Virus record (IMG/VR): IMGVR_UViG_3300028597_000016 | Location: 1-54,333 of that record | Source of the DNA: a virus | Lineage: Duplodnaviria; Caudoviricetes | DNA: 54,333 nt | Reading direction: 5' to 3' (one strand) | In this document: positions 22,070-30,409 of the stretch, piece by piece | Layout: every line of letters begins with the position of its first letter | How positions within the stretch are numbered: the stretch's first letter is position 1 | Made by a program: the position numbers and the translations under genes | Notes under the pieces: model-generated | The model's database searches: none | What the model was told of the DNA's origin: nothing | The model's input: only the letters and a program-made list of their open reading frames with translations

Positions 22070-24598
22070 GTGCCAGTACCTGTGAACTGGGAGCCCGTTC
22101 CGGTAGCCGGTAAGTACGTGTACTCGGACGGCACCCCAGCTTCTGGCACGGTGACCTTCACTATTCCGAGCTACCTGCGCGACCCTGACGCCGACACGGT
22201 CATCCTGCCGACGCCGAAGCAATTCATCTTGGACGTCAATGGCGAGTTCAGCGGCACGCTGCTGGCCACAGACGACCCGGATATCGACCCGAATTTCTAC
22301 TACACCGTCACCGAAGTAATGGGCGGTGTCACCACCACCTTCCTGATGCTGGTCCCGAAGGACCAGGTCGGCACGCTCCAGATGGCGGACGTGGATCGCA
22401 ACGCCACGATCCCGCCGGAGCCGGAGGTCTACACCCGAACGATCAACGGGATGTGGGGGGACGTCTACCTCCCCGACGACCTGGGCATGACGCCCAGCTC
22501 GCGAATCATCGCCACAGGTACCGGCCTGACCGGCGGGGGCAACCTCACGGCCGACCGCACGCTCTCTGTGGTCACGGACTCCACCGTGCAGAAGAGCGAG
22601 TACGCCGACGCGGGAACGCTCATCGCGACGCGCAAGCGACTCAACTTCATCGACGGTGGCGGCATCACGGCGACCGTGACCGACAACTCCGGGCAGAACC
22701 GCGCGGACGTCACGTTCGGCTCGTCCGGCCTGATGACCACCAACGGCACCGTCAACTCCATCTCGGCGGGCCTGCGGAGCGCACGTCCGGCCGCCGGTAC
22801 GGGCAACCGGCTGTACCTGTCCACCGACCTCAAGCAGGTCGAGTACGACAACGGCACCGACTGGATCCCGAACGACCAGATGCCGCCGGTCCCGAAGTCC
22901 TGGACCGCAATCGGCCACAGCTACCTCCAGTTCACCGCCGGTAGCTTCAACCAGCGCTCGCGCCTGGACTCGATCATCAAGAACCGCTGGGGCGCAGAGT
23001 CCAGCAACTGGGTGAACATGGCTGTGGCCGGTTCCCGAGCAGCGTTCCAAGGCGCCAGCTTCGGCGGTTGGGCCACGATGTGGCGCGAGATCAACAAGCT
23101 CCCGGGCAAGACCGCGCCGTATACCAACTCCGACGGCGGACTGCTGATCGTCACCGGCATCAACGACCTGGGTAACGGCGCCGGAGCGAACGCTCAGGGG
23201 CAGACGGCCTGGGGCCACGCGATGCGTTCGATGATCTCCCGCTGGCGGGCCAGCACGATCAAGGAAGACACGGACGCCAGCGTCGGGTACACCGGCTCGT
23301 GGTCCAACGGCACGGACATCGACCACGCCTCCAACGGCACGTTCAAGTTCCGCGCGGGCGCTGTTACCGGTGACGTCGTCACGATCACGCTTCCGGCGGA
23401 CTACGACGGTTCCCCTGTGGCTGTGTGTTGGATGGGACGGCCGGGCACGAACGGCGGCACGATCACGCTGGGCGGCACCGCGCTGGCTAGCAAGCCTGAG
23501 AACGGTCAGACGATCCTGACCAACGACATCATGCCCGCGCTGTCGTTCTCCCACGTACCTGTAACCAAGCGCATCACCTCACTGACCAGCGCAAACGCCG
23601 GTCAGACGATCACGATGACGGTTACCGTCAACGCCAACGAGGTCCAGTTCGACTGCTGGTGGATCGAGGCGAAGGAAGCCCCGCCGGTCATCGTCGCCAA
23701 CGTTGCCAAGCTGACCGCCTCCGGCTACTCGACGAAGTACCCGAGCTGGAACGCCGCCCCGGCCAACGGCTCCTGCGACGCGGACGTCAACGCGTACAAC
23801 ACGGTGCTGACGAACGTCGTCGCCGAGTTCGACGGCATGGTTCAGATCGCGGACATCGATTCCGCGCTGAACAAGGACGCGACCCTCTTCTTCGACGGGC
23901 TGCACCCGAACGAGCTTGGCGCGGCCAAGTGCGCCGACGCGATCGACGACGCCCGTCGCAAGCTGATGCTGACCGGTCGCAAGTCGGCATCCCTGAACTT
24001 CAACATGGCGCCTCGTTACGGCGGAGGTATCCGTCGTCGGCGGACCAGCGGCATCTACCACACCGCCGACTTCACGACCCAGACGACGTACAACCTGGTC
24101 GCGGGCGACATGTTCGCTCTGCCGTTCGAGATCACCGAGGGCGACGAGCAGTACACCCGGTGGGCGCTGGAGAAGACGGCGGTCGGCACCGGATCGCCGA
24201 CCATCCGTTGGTGCGTCTTCAGCGACTACATGAACAAGGGCTACCCGGACCTGAACCTCCAGGAGCTGACGTTCGCGGGCGCGCTGACGCTCACGGCAGC
24301 AACCGGAGTTCAGCTCAACCCAGCCGCCCAGTTCACCTGGTGGCCGGACATCGGGATGTACTACTACGTGATCAAGATCGAGACGATCGGCACGGGTACG
24401 TGGACGCTGGCCGCACTCAACGGTCCGAGCCCGATGATGCCTGCTGCGACGACGGCGGGTGCGATCACGACGGCCAACACGACCAAGGGTGTGGCTTGGA
24501 AGCTCACCGGCCAGGCGGCCGGAGCGTTCCCCAGCACCTTCCCCTCGGGCGCCACGCCTGCCACGATCGCTCCGTACGTCGGCTCCCTGAAGACGTAG
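22070..24598 (+). CDS. Tail-fibre/minor-tail-like protein with SGNH/GDSL esterase domain
   Basis: N-terminal 'GTVTFT..LDVNGEFS..ATDDPD', fibre motif 'GTGLTGGGNLTADRTLSV', SGNH blocks GHSY / AVAG / GIND / DGLHPN. Confidence 0.8.
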   Translation: MPVPVNWEPVPVAGKYVYSDGTPASGTVTFTIPSYLRDPDADTVILPTPKQFILDVNGEFSGTLLATDDPDIDPNFYYTVTEVMGGVTTTFLMLVPKDQVGTLQMADVDRNATIPPEPEVYTRTINGMWGDVYLPDDLGMTPSSRIIATGTGLTGGGNLTADRTLSVVTDSTVQKSEYADAGTLIATRKRLNFIDGGGITATVTDNSGQNRADVTFGSSGLMTTNGTVNSISAGLRSARPAAGTGNRLYLSTDLKQVEYDNGTDWIPNDQMPPVPKSWTAIGHSYLQFTAGSFNQRSRLDSIIKNRWGAESSNWVNMAVAGSRAAFQGASFGGWATMWREINKLPGKTAPYTNSDGGLLIVTGINDLGNGAGANAQGQTAWGHAMRSMISRWRASTIKEDTDASVGYTGSWSNGTDIDHASNGTFKFRAGAVTGDVVTITLPADYDGSPVAVCWMGRPGTNGGTITLGGTALASKPENGQTILTNDIMPALSFSHVPVTKRITSLTSANAGQTITMTVTVNANEVQFDCWWIEAKEAPPVIVANVAKLTASGYSTKYPSWNAAPANGSCDADVNAYNTVLTNVVAEFDGMVQIADIDSALNKDATLFFDGLHPNELGAAKCADAIDDARRKLMLTGRKSASLNFNMAPRYGGGIRRRRTSGIYHTADFTTQTTYNLVAGDMFALPFEITEGDEQYTRWALEKTAVGTGSPTIRWCVFSDYMNKGYPDLNLQELTFAGALTLTAATGVQLNPAAQFTWWPDIGMYYYVIKIETIGTGTWTLAALNGPSPMMPAATTAGAITTANTTKGVAWKLTGQAAGAFPSTFPSGATPATIAPYVGSLKT

Positions 24599-24686
24599 CC
24601 ACACCCGCAGGGCCGGGGTGTTAGAGTGAAGCACCCCGGTCAGTGAGACTGCCACCTCGTACTGACCTGCGGAAACAGGAGAACCC

Positions 24687-25985
24687 ATGCACCAGCTTTC
24701 TGAGCTTTCGTTCGACGCCTACCCCGGCGATCACCGGCTCCTGACCAAGGAACTGTCGTGGGGATCGGAGACCCAGGCCGTCGAGGACTACGTCCACGAC
24801 TGCATCGACGCCGGACTCGTCCACACCATCCACACCTCCGAGCGCAAGGCGTTCCGGAGCTGTCGCCAGCGCTGGCAGTGGGCCTACCAGGACGACCTCC
24901 ACACCTCCGAGAGCGTTCGCGCGTTGGAGTTCGGCCAGGCGTACCACCGCGCGATGGAGGTCTTCTACGACCCCAAGACGTGGCACCTGGACAAGGAAGT
25001 ACTAGCTGTCCACGCCATAGCGGAGTTCGATCGGTTCACTACCGAGACTTTCAACCGGTACGCGAAGCTGGGCCTGGCCGACGAGCGGCTGGTCGAGGAC
25101 TTCGCCGACCGCATGACGTCCGGCGTGGCGATGCTCCAGCACTACTTCCGGGATATCGCTCCGCTCACCGACACGTTCGAGCCGGTCGAGGTCGAGATCG
25201 CCTTCGAGGTTCCGCTCCTTGATCCCGATGGGAACTACCTGCTTTGCAAATGCGAACGGTGCTACGTCAAGCGCTTCGGATACGGGAAGGCGGAGTACGA
25301 CCTTTCAGCAGCGTGGCGAGGAATGCCAGTCACGATCGGTGGGCGGCTTGACCTGTTGGCCCGCGATCTGGAGACCGGCGAGCTGGGGATCCTGGACTGG
25401 AAGACCGCCGGGACTCTGATGAAGGACGAGGAGATCGACTTCCTCGAACTGGATGATCAGATCTCCACCTACCTGCTGGCCATGCACAAGCTAGGGCTGC
25501 CCGCGCGGGTGTTCTGGTACCACGAGCAGTGGAAGGCCGCGCCACAGGCACCGGAGCCGTACGCCGGGGGTAGGCGGATCAAGGGGCGGATGTACCAGGC
25601 CAACAAGAGCCTCTCGACGACGTACGCCCTGTACTACGCCACGGTCTCCGAGGGCGACCCCGCTGGGATGGCGGCCGGTGCCTACGACGAGTACCTCGAC
25701 TGGCTGAAGACCGAAGGCCCGCGTTACTACCAGCGTGTGCCCGTGCGTCGGACCGACGAGCAGCTCCGGGCGACTGAGCGTGCGATCTACCTGGAGTACC
25801 TGGACATGGTCTCCGACCGGATCTACATCAGCCCCGAGCGCCGGAAGTGCAACTGGTGCAACTTCTTCGACCCTTGCCTCGGCAAGCAGCGCGGAGAGCC
25901 GTACCAGCATGCGCTGAACACTATGTACGTCAAGGGAGGACCGCTGACCACCAACGACTCCAACGCCCCCAAGAAGGCTCCATGA
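24687..25985 (+). CDS. Cas4/RecB-like PD-(D/E)XK exonuclease
   Basis: SERKAFRSCRQRW, G.AYH..ME, EVE, GRLDL, LDWKT, Q..Y, CNWC....PC. Confidence 0.88.
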   Translation: MHQLSELSFDAYPGDHRLLTKELSWGSETQAVEDYVHDCIDAGLVHTIHTSERKAFRSCRQRWQWAYQDDLHTSESVRALEFGQAYHRAMEVFYDPKTWHLDKEVLAVHAIAEFDRFTTETFNRYAKLGLADERLVEDFADRMTSGVAMLQHYFRDIAPLTDTFEPVEVEIAFEVPLLDPDGNYLLCKCERCYVKRFGYGKAEYDLSAAWRGMPVTIGGRLDLLARDLETGELGILDWKTAGTLMKDEEIDFLELDDQISTYLLAMHKLGLPARVFWYHEQWKAAPQAPEPYAGGRRIKGRMYQANKSLSTTYALYYATVSEGDPAGMAAGAYDEYLDWLKTEGPRYYQRVPVRRTDEQLRATERAIYLEYLDMVSDRIYISPERRKCNWCNFFDPCLGKQRGEPYQHALNTMYVKGGPLTTNDSNAPKKAP

Positions 25986-26194
25986 AGATCAGCTTCATCT
26001 CCAAGGACGAGGTCACGATAGACCTCAATAAGCGTGAGATGGACGTGTTGGAGGCGGGCCTGTCCGTCCTCGAAGACGACCCCGGTGCCTTCTACAAGAA
26101 CAGCGATGTGCCTAGTGAGGTGGCCGAGATGGTCACGCAGTTCAAGGCGCTGCGAGTTCTCCTGAAGGCTCACAGCACGGGCTGGCCTGCATGA
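25982..26194 (+). CDS. Hypothetical protein
   Basis: ATGA overlap. Confidence 0.7.
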   Translation: MKISFISKDEVTIDLNKREMDVLEAGLSVLEDDPGAFYKNSDVPSEVAEMVTQFKALRVLLKAHSTGWPA

Positions 26195-27003
26195 GCAACG
26201 TGATGACCGTGAAGTCCGTGCGGGCGGGTGGGCTGAACGCTCAGAAGGTCTCTGAGATCCCCGAGACCGCCGACTTCATGGTCTACGGACCGCCCAAGCT
26301 CGGGAAGACGACGTTCTGCCTGACCAGCCAGGACGTCCCCGAGATGGGCAAGTACCTGCACGTTGGCGTTGAGCGCGGCGAGGAGACGATCCGGGACACC
26401 TACCCGGACACCGACGCCGTCTTCCTCGACAACGACGGAGACCACTGGTTGGAGCGCCCCACCGACCAGTGGGACCGCTTCGACTACATCTACCAGGAAC
26501 TTCGTGCGGGCGGACACGGCTACGGCACGGTCTGCGTCGACACGATGGACGCTCTCCAGACGATCAACATGGCCGCGATCATGGAGAACACCGACTCGGT
26601 GATCGGAGGTACTCAAGACCCCGACATCCCCAGCAAGCGTGAGTACGGCAAGTCGCGTACCCAGATGAAGCGCTACATCCGGATGTTCCAGAACCTCCCG
26701 ATGAACGTGATCTGGGTCTGCCACAGCACGGTGGAGCAGAACGAGCGCACCAAGCGCTACGAACGGAAGCCGATGCTGGTCGGCAAGCTTCAGGACGAGG
26801 TCGGCGGGATGGTCAACAACCTGCTGTACCTGACCATGGCCCCGGCGACGAAGACCGAGCCTGCGCAGCGGATCCTGGTGACCGCTGCCGACGGCGAGAT
26901 TCAGGCGGGCACGCGTTCTCGGGTGCTCAACGACATGGGGGAGATCGTCGACCCCACGATGTCGAAGGTCTGGTACCCGCTCACGGGTACGAAGACCGCC
27001 TGA
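26191..27003 (+). CDS. AAA_24/Sak4-like RecA-fold recombination ATPase
   Basis: VYGPPKLGKTT, TVCVDT, NVIWVCH. Confidence 0.85.
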   Translation: MSNVMTVKSVRAGGLNAQKVSEIPETADFMVYGPPKLGKTTFCLTSQDVPEMGKYLHVGVERGEETIRDTYPDTDAVFLDNDGDHWLERPTDQWDRFDYIYQELRAGGHGYGTVCVDTMDALQTINMAAIMENTDSVIGGTQDPDIPSKREYGKSRTQMKRYIRMFQNLPMNVIWVCHSTVEQNERTKRYERKPMLVGKLQDEVGGMVNNLLYLTMAPATKTEPAQRILVTAADGEIQAGTRSRVLNDMGEIVDPTMSKVWYPLTGTKTA

Positions 27004-27041
27004 GAAGACCGAGAGCCAACGAACGAGAGACAAGGAAGCAC

Positions 27042-27587
27042 ATGGGCATTCGCATTAACGTCTCCGACAAGGCAGTTCCGCGCAAGAAGCCGAATCTGGA
27101 TCTGGGCTGGTACACGCTCCGGATCAACGACGTCGAGCTGCGTGCGAGCAACTCGGAGAAGAACCCCGACAAGCCGATGTACAACTTCGAGGTCGAGGTC
27201 ACCGAGGACTCGGAGCCGTTCGACGAGAACGGCGCCTCGAAGTACGCCGGGTACATCGACTGGGTCAATGCCTGCCTCTGGGAAGGTGCCGAGTTCACGA
27301 TCGTCGGCATCCTCAACGCGCTGGGCAAGACCGTGGAGCCGGGCGAGCTGGATGTCCCGGACATCACCGACGAGAACGACCCGGACGGCGGCATCGAGTT
27401 CTTCCGGGGCCGGACGCTTCAGGCCCGCTGGGGCATCCGCAAGAAGGAGCGGATCGCCGCGACCAAGGAAGGCCGCACGCCCGAGCCCGAGTGGACGACC
27501 TTCCGCGCGGTCGAGAACGATGACGAAGTAACCCCCTCGACTGCCACGGCGGTACCGGCGACCGGTCGTCGCCGCGCCCTGGCCTGA
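27042..27587 (+). CDS. Putative single-stranded DNA-binding protein (DUF669-like)
   Basis: 'GWYTLRINDVE...KPMYNFEVEV'; position after Sak4-like gene. Confidence 0.65.
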   Translation: MGIRINVSDKAVPRKKPNLDLGWYTLRINDVELRASNSEKNPDKPMYNFEVEVTEDSEPFDENGASKYAGYIDWVNACLWEGAEFTIVGILNALGKTVEPGELDVPDITDENDPDGGIEFFRGRTLQARWGIRKKERIAATKEGRTPEPEWTTFRAVENDDEVTPSTATAVPATGRRRALA

Positions 27588-27598
27588 TCTAGCGTCAA

Positions 27599-27634
27599 GG
27601 AGGTCGGTCCCCGCTCGTCCCGGGGACCGGCCTT
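27599..27634 (+). terminator. Hairpin between SSB-like and primase genes
   Basis: GGAGGTCGGTCCCC/GGGGACCGGCCTTC. Confidence 0.5.
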
Positions 27635-27658
27635 CGCATCTGTAGAGGGGAGGGACCG

Positions 27659-29989
27659 TTGTCGAGCGTTGATCTGCTCCCGTTCTTCACGGGGATCTAT
27701 GGGCAGCCTGTACCCGGCGAAGAGCGATACATGTGCATCGCCTTCCTCCGGCCCGGCGGCAAGATGGTCGAACGGTTCTTCCGATGGGACAGCGAGATCG
27801 GCGCGGCCATCAAGCTGATCACCGACATCACCGAGGACCGGCTGAGCGGAGGTCGCGGGGCAGACATCTACTACTGCGTCTCCCTCACCACAGGCCAGAA
27901 GCGCAACCGCGACTTCATCGACCAGACGCACTGCATCTGGGCCGACCTGGACGGCACCGCCCCCGCCAAGCTGAACCTGCCACCCACGTTCCTGATCGAG
28001 ACCTCCCCGGGCCGGTACCAGGGGATCTGGACGTTGCTGGAGCCGGTGCCGTTCAGTACCGCCGAAGACTTCGCCCGCCGGATCTACCACGCGCACCGTC
28101 AAGACGGAGCCGACGCGACCTGGGACGCCACACGCCTGCTCCGCGTTCCCAGCACGGTCAATATGAAGTACACGGTTGCCGGTGAAGGCAATCCGGTGGT
28201 GAGCATCGTGTCCACCGGCCCGGTCTACGACCTGGACGAGCTGGACGCCGCCTATCCGATCTCGATCACCACAGGCCCCGGGAGCAGCCAGTCCGTAGTC
28301 CTGGACTACCAGCAAGTCGAGAACGTCGGAACCATGGAGGAGATCCTCCGCCGGTACGACCGGGAGATCACCCAAGAGGTGCACGACCTCGTCTTCGGGG
28401 TGTTCGACCCGAACGACGAGCGATGGTCCCACCGGTTGTGGGCGCTGGAGATGGGCTGCTTCGAGGCCGGGATGGACATCTACGAGGTGTTCGTCGTCGT
28501 CCGTGGCTCCGGGTGTAACAAGTACGCCCGGGACGGGCGGCCGGAAGCGGACCTGTGGAAGGACGTGGTCCGCGCTCGTGAGGAGACCGAGCGCAAGGCC
28601 GGGATGGTCCTGACCACGACCGAGATCGAAGAGATCGACCTGATGACACCCGAAGAGGTCGAGGCTGTGGTCGAGCAGCCCCATGGGTTCATCGACCGGT
28701 TCCAGCAGTGGGCGACCACACGCACGGACGCGCCCCGCGAGTTCCACATCGGCGGGGCGTTGATGTCCCTGAGCGCGGCGCTCTCGGACAAGATCGTGAT
28801 CGGGACGGCGTTCGGAGACGTGAAGCCGAACGTATGGGTGATGCTCATCTCCGACTCGACGATCAGCCGTAAGACGACCTCGATGCGCCTGTCGATGGAG
28901 ATCACCGAGGGCGCGGGTGTGGACATCCTGATCGCGACCGACGGCTCGATCGAGGGAATCGTGACGGAGCTGGCCGCGCGCGAGGGCATCCCGTCGATGT
29001 TCATGCGAGACGAGTTCACGTCTCTTGTAGCCGGTGCGAAGAAGAAGGACTACATGTCCGGCTTCCTCACCGACCTTTGTGGACTGTACGACGGCGGCCG
29101 GGTCAAGCGGCGCCTTCGCAAAGAGGTCATCGAGACCAAGAATCCGAACTTCCTCCTGTTCGCGGGTGGTGTGGAGACCAAGCTGCTGGAGCTGCTCGGG
29201 CACGAGGACATCACGTCCGGCTTCATCCCCCGCTTCATCCCGATCTTCGGTCGCACGTCGGTCTCCGAGCTGGACTTGATCGGCCCCCGCCGACAGCGCT
29301 CGTACGAGGCCAAAGACAAGCTGATCGCCGAGCTGAGCCAGATCATGGCCGCCTACACCACACCGCCCCCGGTGCTTCGGGTGCCCAAGGCTGGACAGGT
29401 CGCGCTTCAGCCACCCACCATCGAGGCGAACATGTCCGACGCGGCGTGGAACCGCCTGCGGACATGCCAGCGCTATCTGCTCGACATGGCCGACACGCAC
29501 GACTCACGTGACCTGTTGCTGCCCTGCACCGAGCGCCTGGTGATCAGCGTGGTGAAGGTGGCGACGCTGATCGCGGCCAGCCGCCTGCGGCCTGTGGTCG
29601 ACGGCACGATGATCGTCGAGCTGGACGACCTGTTGATGGCGCTGTACTACGCGCGGAGCTGGCTGGACAACCTGCTGCGTGTGGTGACGCGCATCGGCCG
29701 CGACCCGTTCGACGGCCGGACGCACCAGATCCTGGAGTACATCACCTACGCCGGAGAGCGCGGCGCCAACAAGTCCGAGATCATGCGCAACTTCCGCTCG
29801 AACAAGCGGGAGATGGACGAGATCCTCGAAACTTTGCTCGACCGCGAGGAGATCGTGTCCGAGCAGGGCTCCGGTCCGACCGGCCGGGGAGCCATCTATC
29901 ACGCCACCCAGTACGCCCGCACCGCTAGGCAGATCCGAGTGGTCGCACCTGTCCGAGTCCGCCGCACCAACCCCATGCCACGGAGATGA
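27659..29989 (+). CDS. Primase-helicase fusion (RepB-type AEP primase + DUF3987-like helicase)
   Basis: WADLD, IETSPGRYQGIW, LLRVP..N.KY; SRKTT, RDEF, SGFIPRF. Confidence 0.85.
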   Translation: MSSVDLLPFFTGIYGQPVPGEERYMCIAFLRPGGKMVERFFRWDSEIGAAIKLITDITEDRLSGGRGADIYYCVSLTTGQKRNRDFIDQTHCIWADLDGTAPAKLNLPPTFLIETSPGRYQGIWTLLEPVPFSTAEDFARRIYHAHRQDGADATWDATRLLRVPSTVNMKYTVAGEGNPVVSIVSTGPVYDLDELDAAYPISITTGPGSSQSVVLDYQQVENVGTMEEILRRYDREITQEVHDLVFGVFDPNDERWSHRLWALEMGCFEAGMDIYEVFVVVRGSGCNKYARDGRPEADLWKDVVRAREETERKAGMVLTTTEIEEIDLMTPEEVEAVVEQPHGFIDRFQQWATTRTDAPREFHIGGALMSLSAALSDKIVIGTAFGDVKPNVWVMLISDSTISRKTTSMRLSMEITEGAGVDILIATDGSIEGIVTELAAREGIPSMFMRDEFTSLVAGAKKKDYMSGFLTDLCGLYDGGRVKRRLRKEVIETKNPNFLLFAGGVETKLLELLGHEDITSGFIPRFIPIFGRTSVSELDLIGPRRQRSYEAKDKLIAELSQIMAAYTTPPPVLRVPKAGQVALQPPTIEANMSDAAWNRLRTCQRYLLDMADTHDSRDLLLPCTERLVISVVKVATLIAASRLRPVVDGTMIVELDDLLMALYYARSWLDNLLRVVTRIGRDPFDGRTHQILEYITYAGERGANKSEIMRNFRSNKREMDEILETLLDREEIVSEQGSGPTGRGAIYHATQYARTARQIRVVAPVRVRRTNPMPRR

Positions 29990-30234
29990 ATATGGAACCG
30001 CCTCGCCTAGACCAGATGAACCAGACCATCCGCATCCAGACCAGCCCGGTCGGTGATTCCATCGGCGTCTCGACGTACATCGAGCCCGGATTCGAGGACA
30101 ACGAGACCGAAGCCCACTACCTGGCCAAAACGCTGATCGCGATTCTCCACCAGATCCTCCCCAGCGCTGTGGCCCAGCAGTACGCACCTCGGGTGGAACT
30201 CATCCAGGGACGTTGGGGGTACGGCAGTGAGTGA
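29986..30234 (+). CDS. Hypothetical protein
   Basis: ATGA overlap. Confidence 0.65.
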   Translation: MNMEPPRLDQMNQTIRIQTSPVGDSIGVSTYIEPGFEDNETEAHYLAKTLIAILHQILPSAVAQQYAPRVELIQGRWGYGSE

Positions 30235-30409
30235 AGTTCCGCCGTACTACCGCATCCGCGTCGATTACGTCGTCGACAACATGATCGCCTCTGTCGAAGA
30301 CATCCAGCCGCGTTCATCGCTAGTTCGATGCCAGGATCCGGGCGAGATCATCGGTGCTGCTGCAAAGCTGGCCTACCTCAAGCTCCAGCGGGAGCTGGGC
30401 CTTGAGTAA
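30227..30409 (+). CDS. Hypothetical protein
   Basis: Overlapping, coupled ORF. Confidence 0.6.
   Translation: MSEVPPYYRIRVDYVVDNMIASVEDIQPRSSLVRCQDPGEIIGAAAKLAYLKLQRELGLE

Larger units (their letters stand above)
992..24686 (+). repeat. Dispersed start-associated motif GAGAACCC (16 copies counted)
   Basis: Starts at 992, 2068, 3270, 4058, 4842, 5868, 7193, 9032, 11624, 12999, 16929, 17064, 18180, 18622, 21401, 24679. Confidence 0.85.

Noticed and set aside
24687-25985. Cas4-like gene as evidence of CRISPR-Cas
   Set aside because: No repeat-spacer array or other cas genes seen; solo Cas4-like nucleases next to Sak4/SSB genes are a standard phage recombination module
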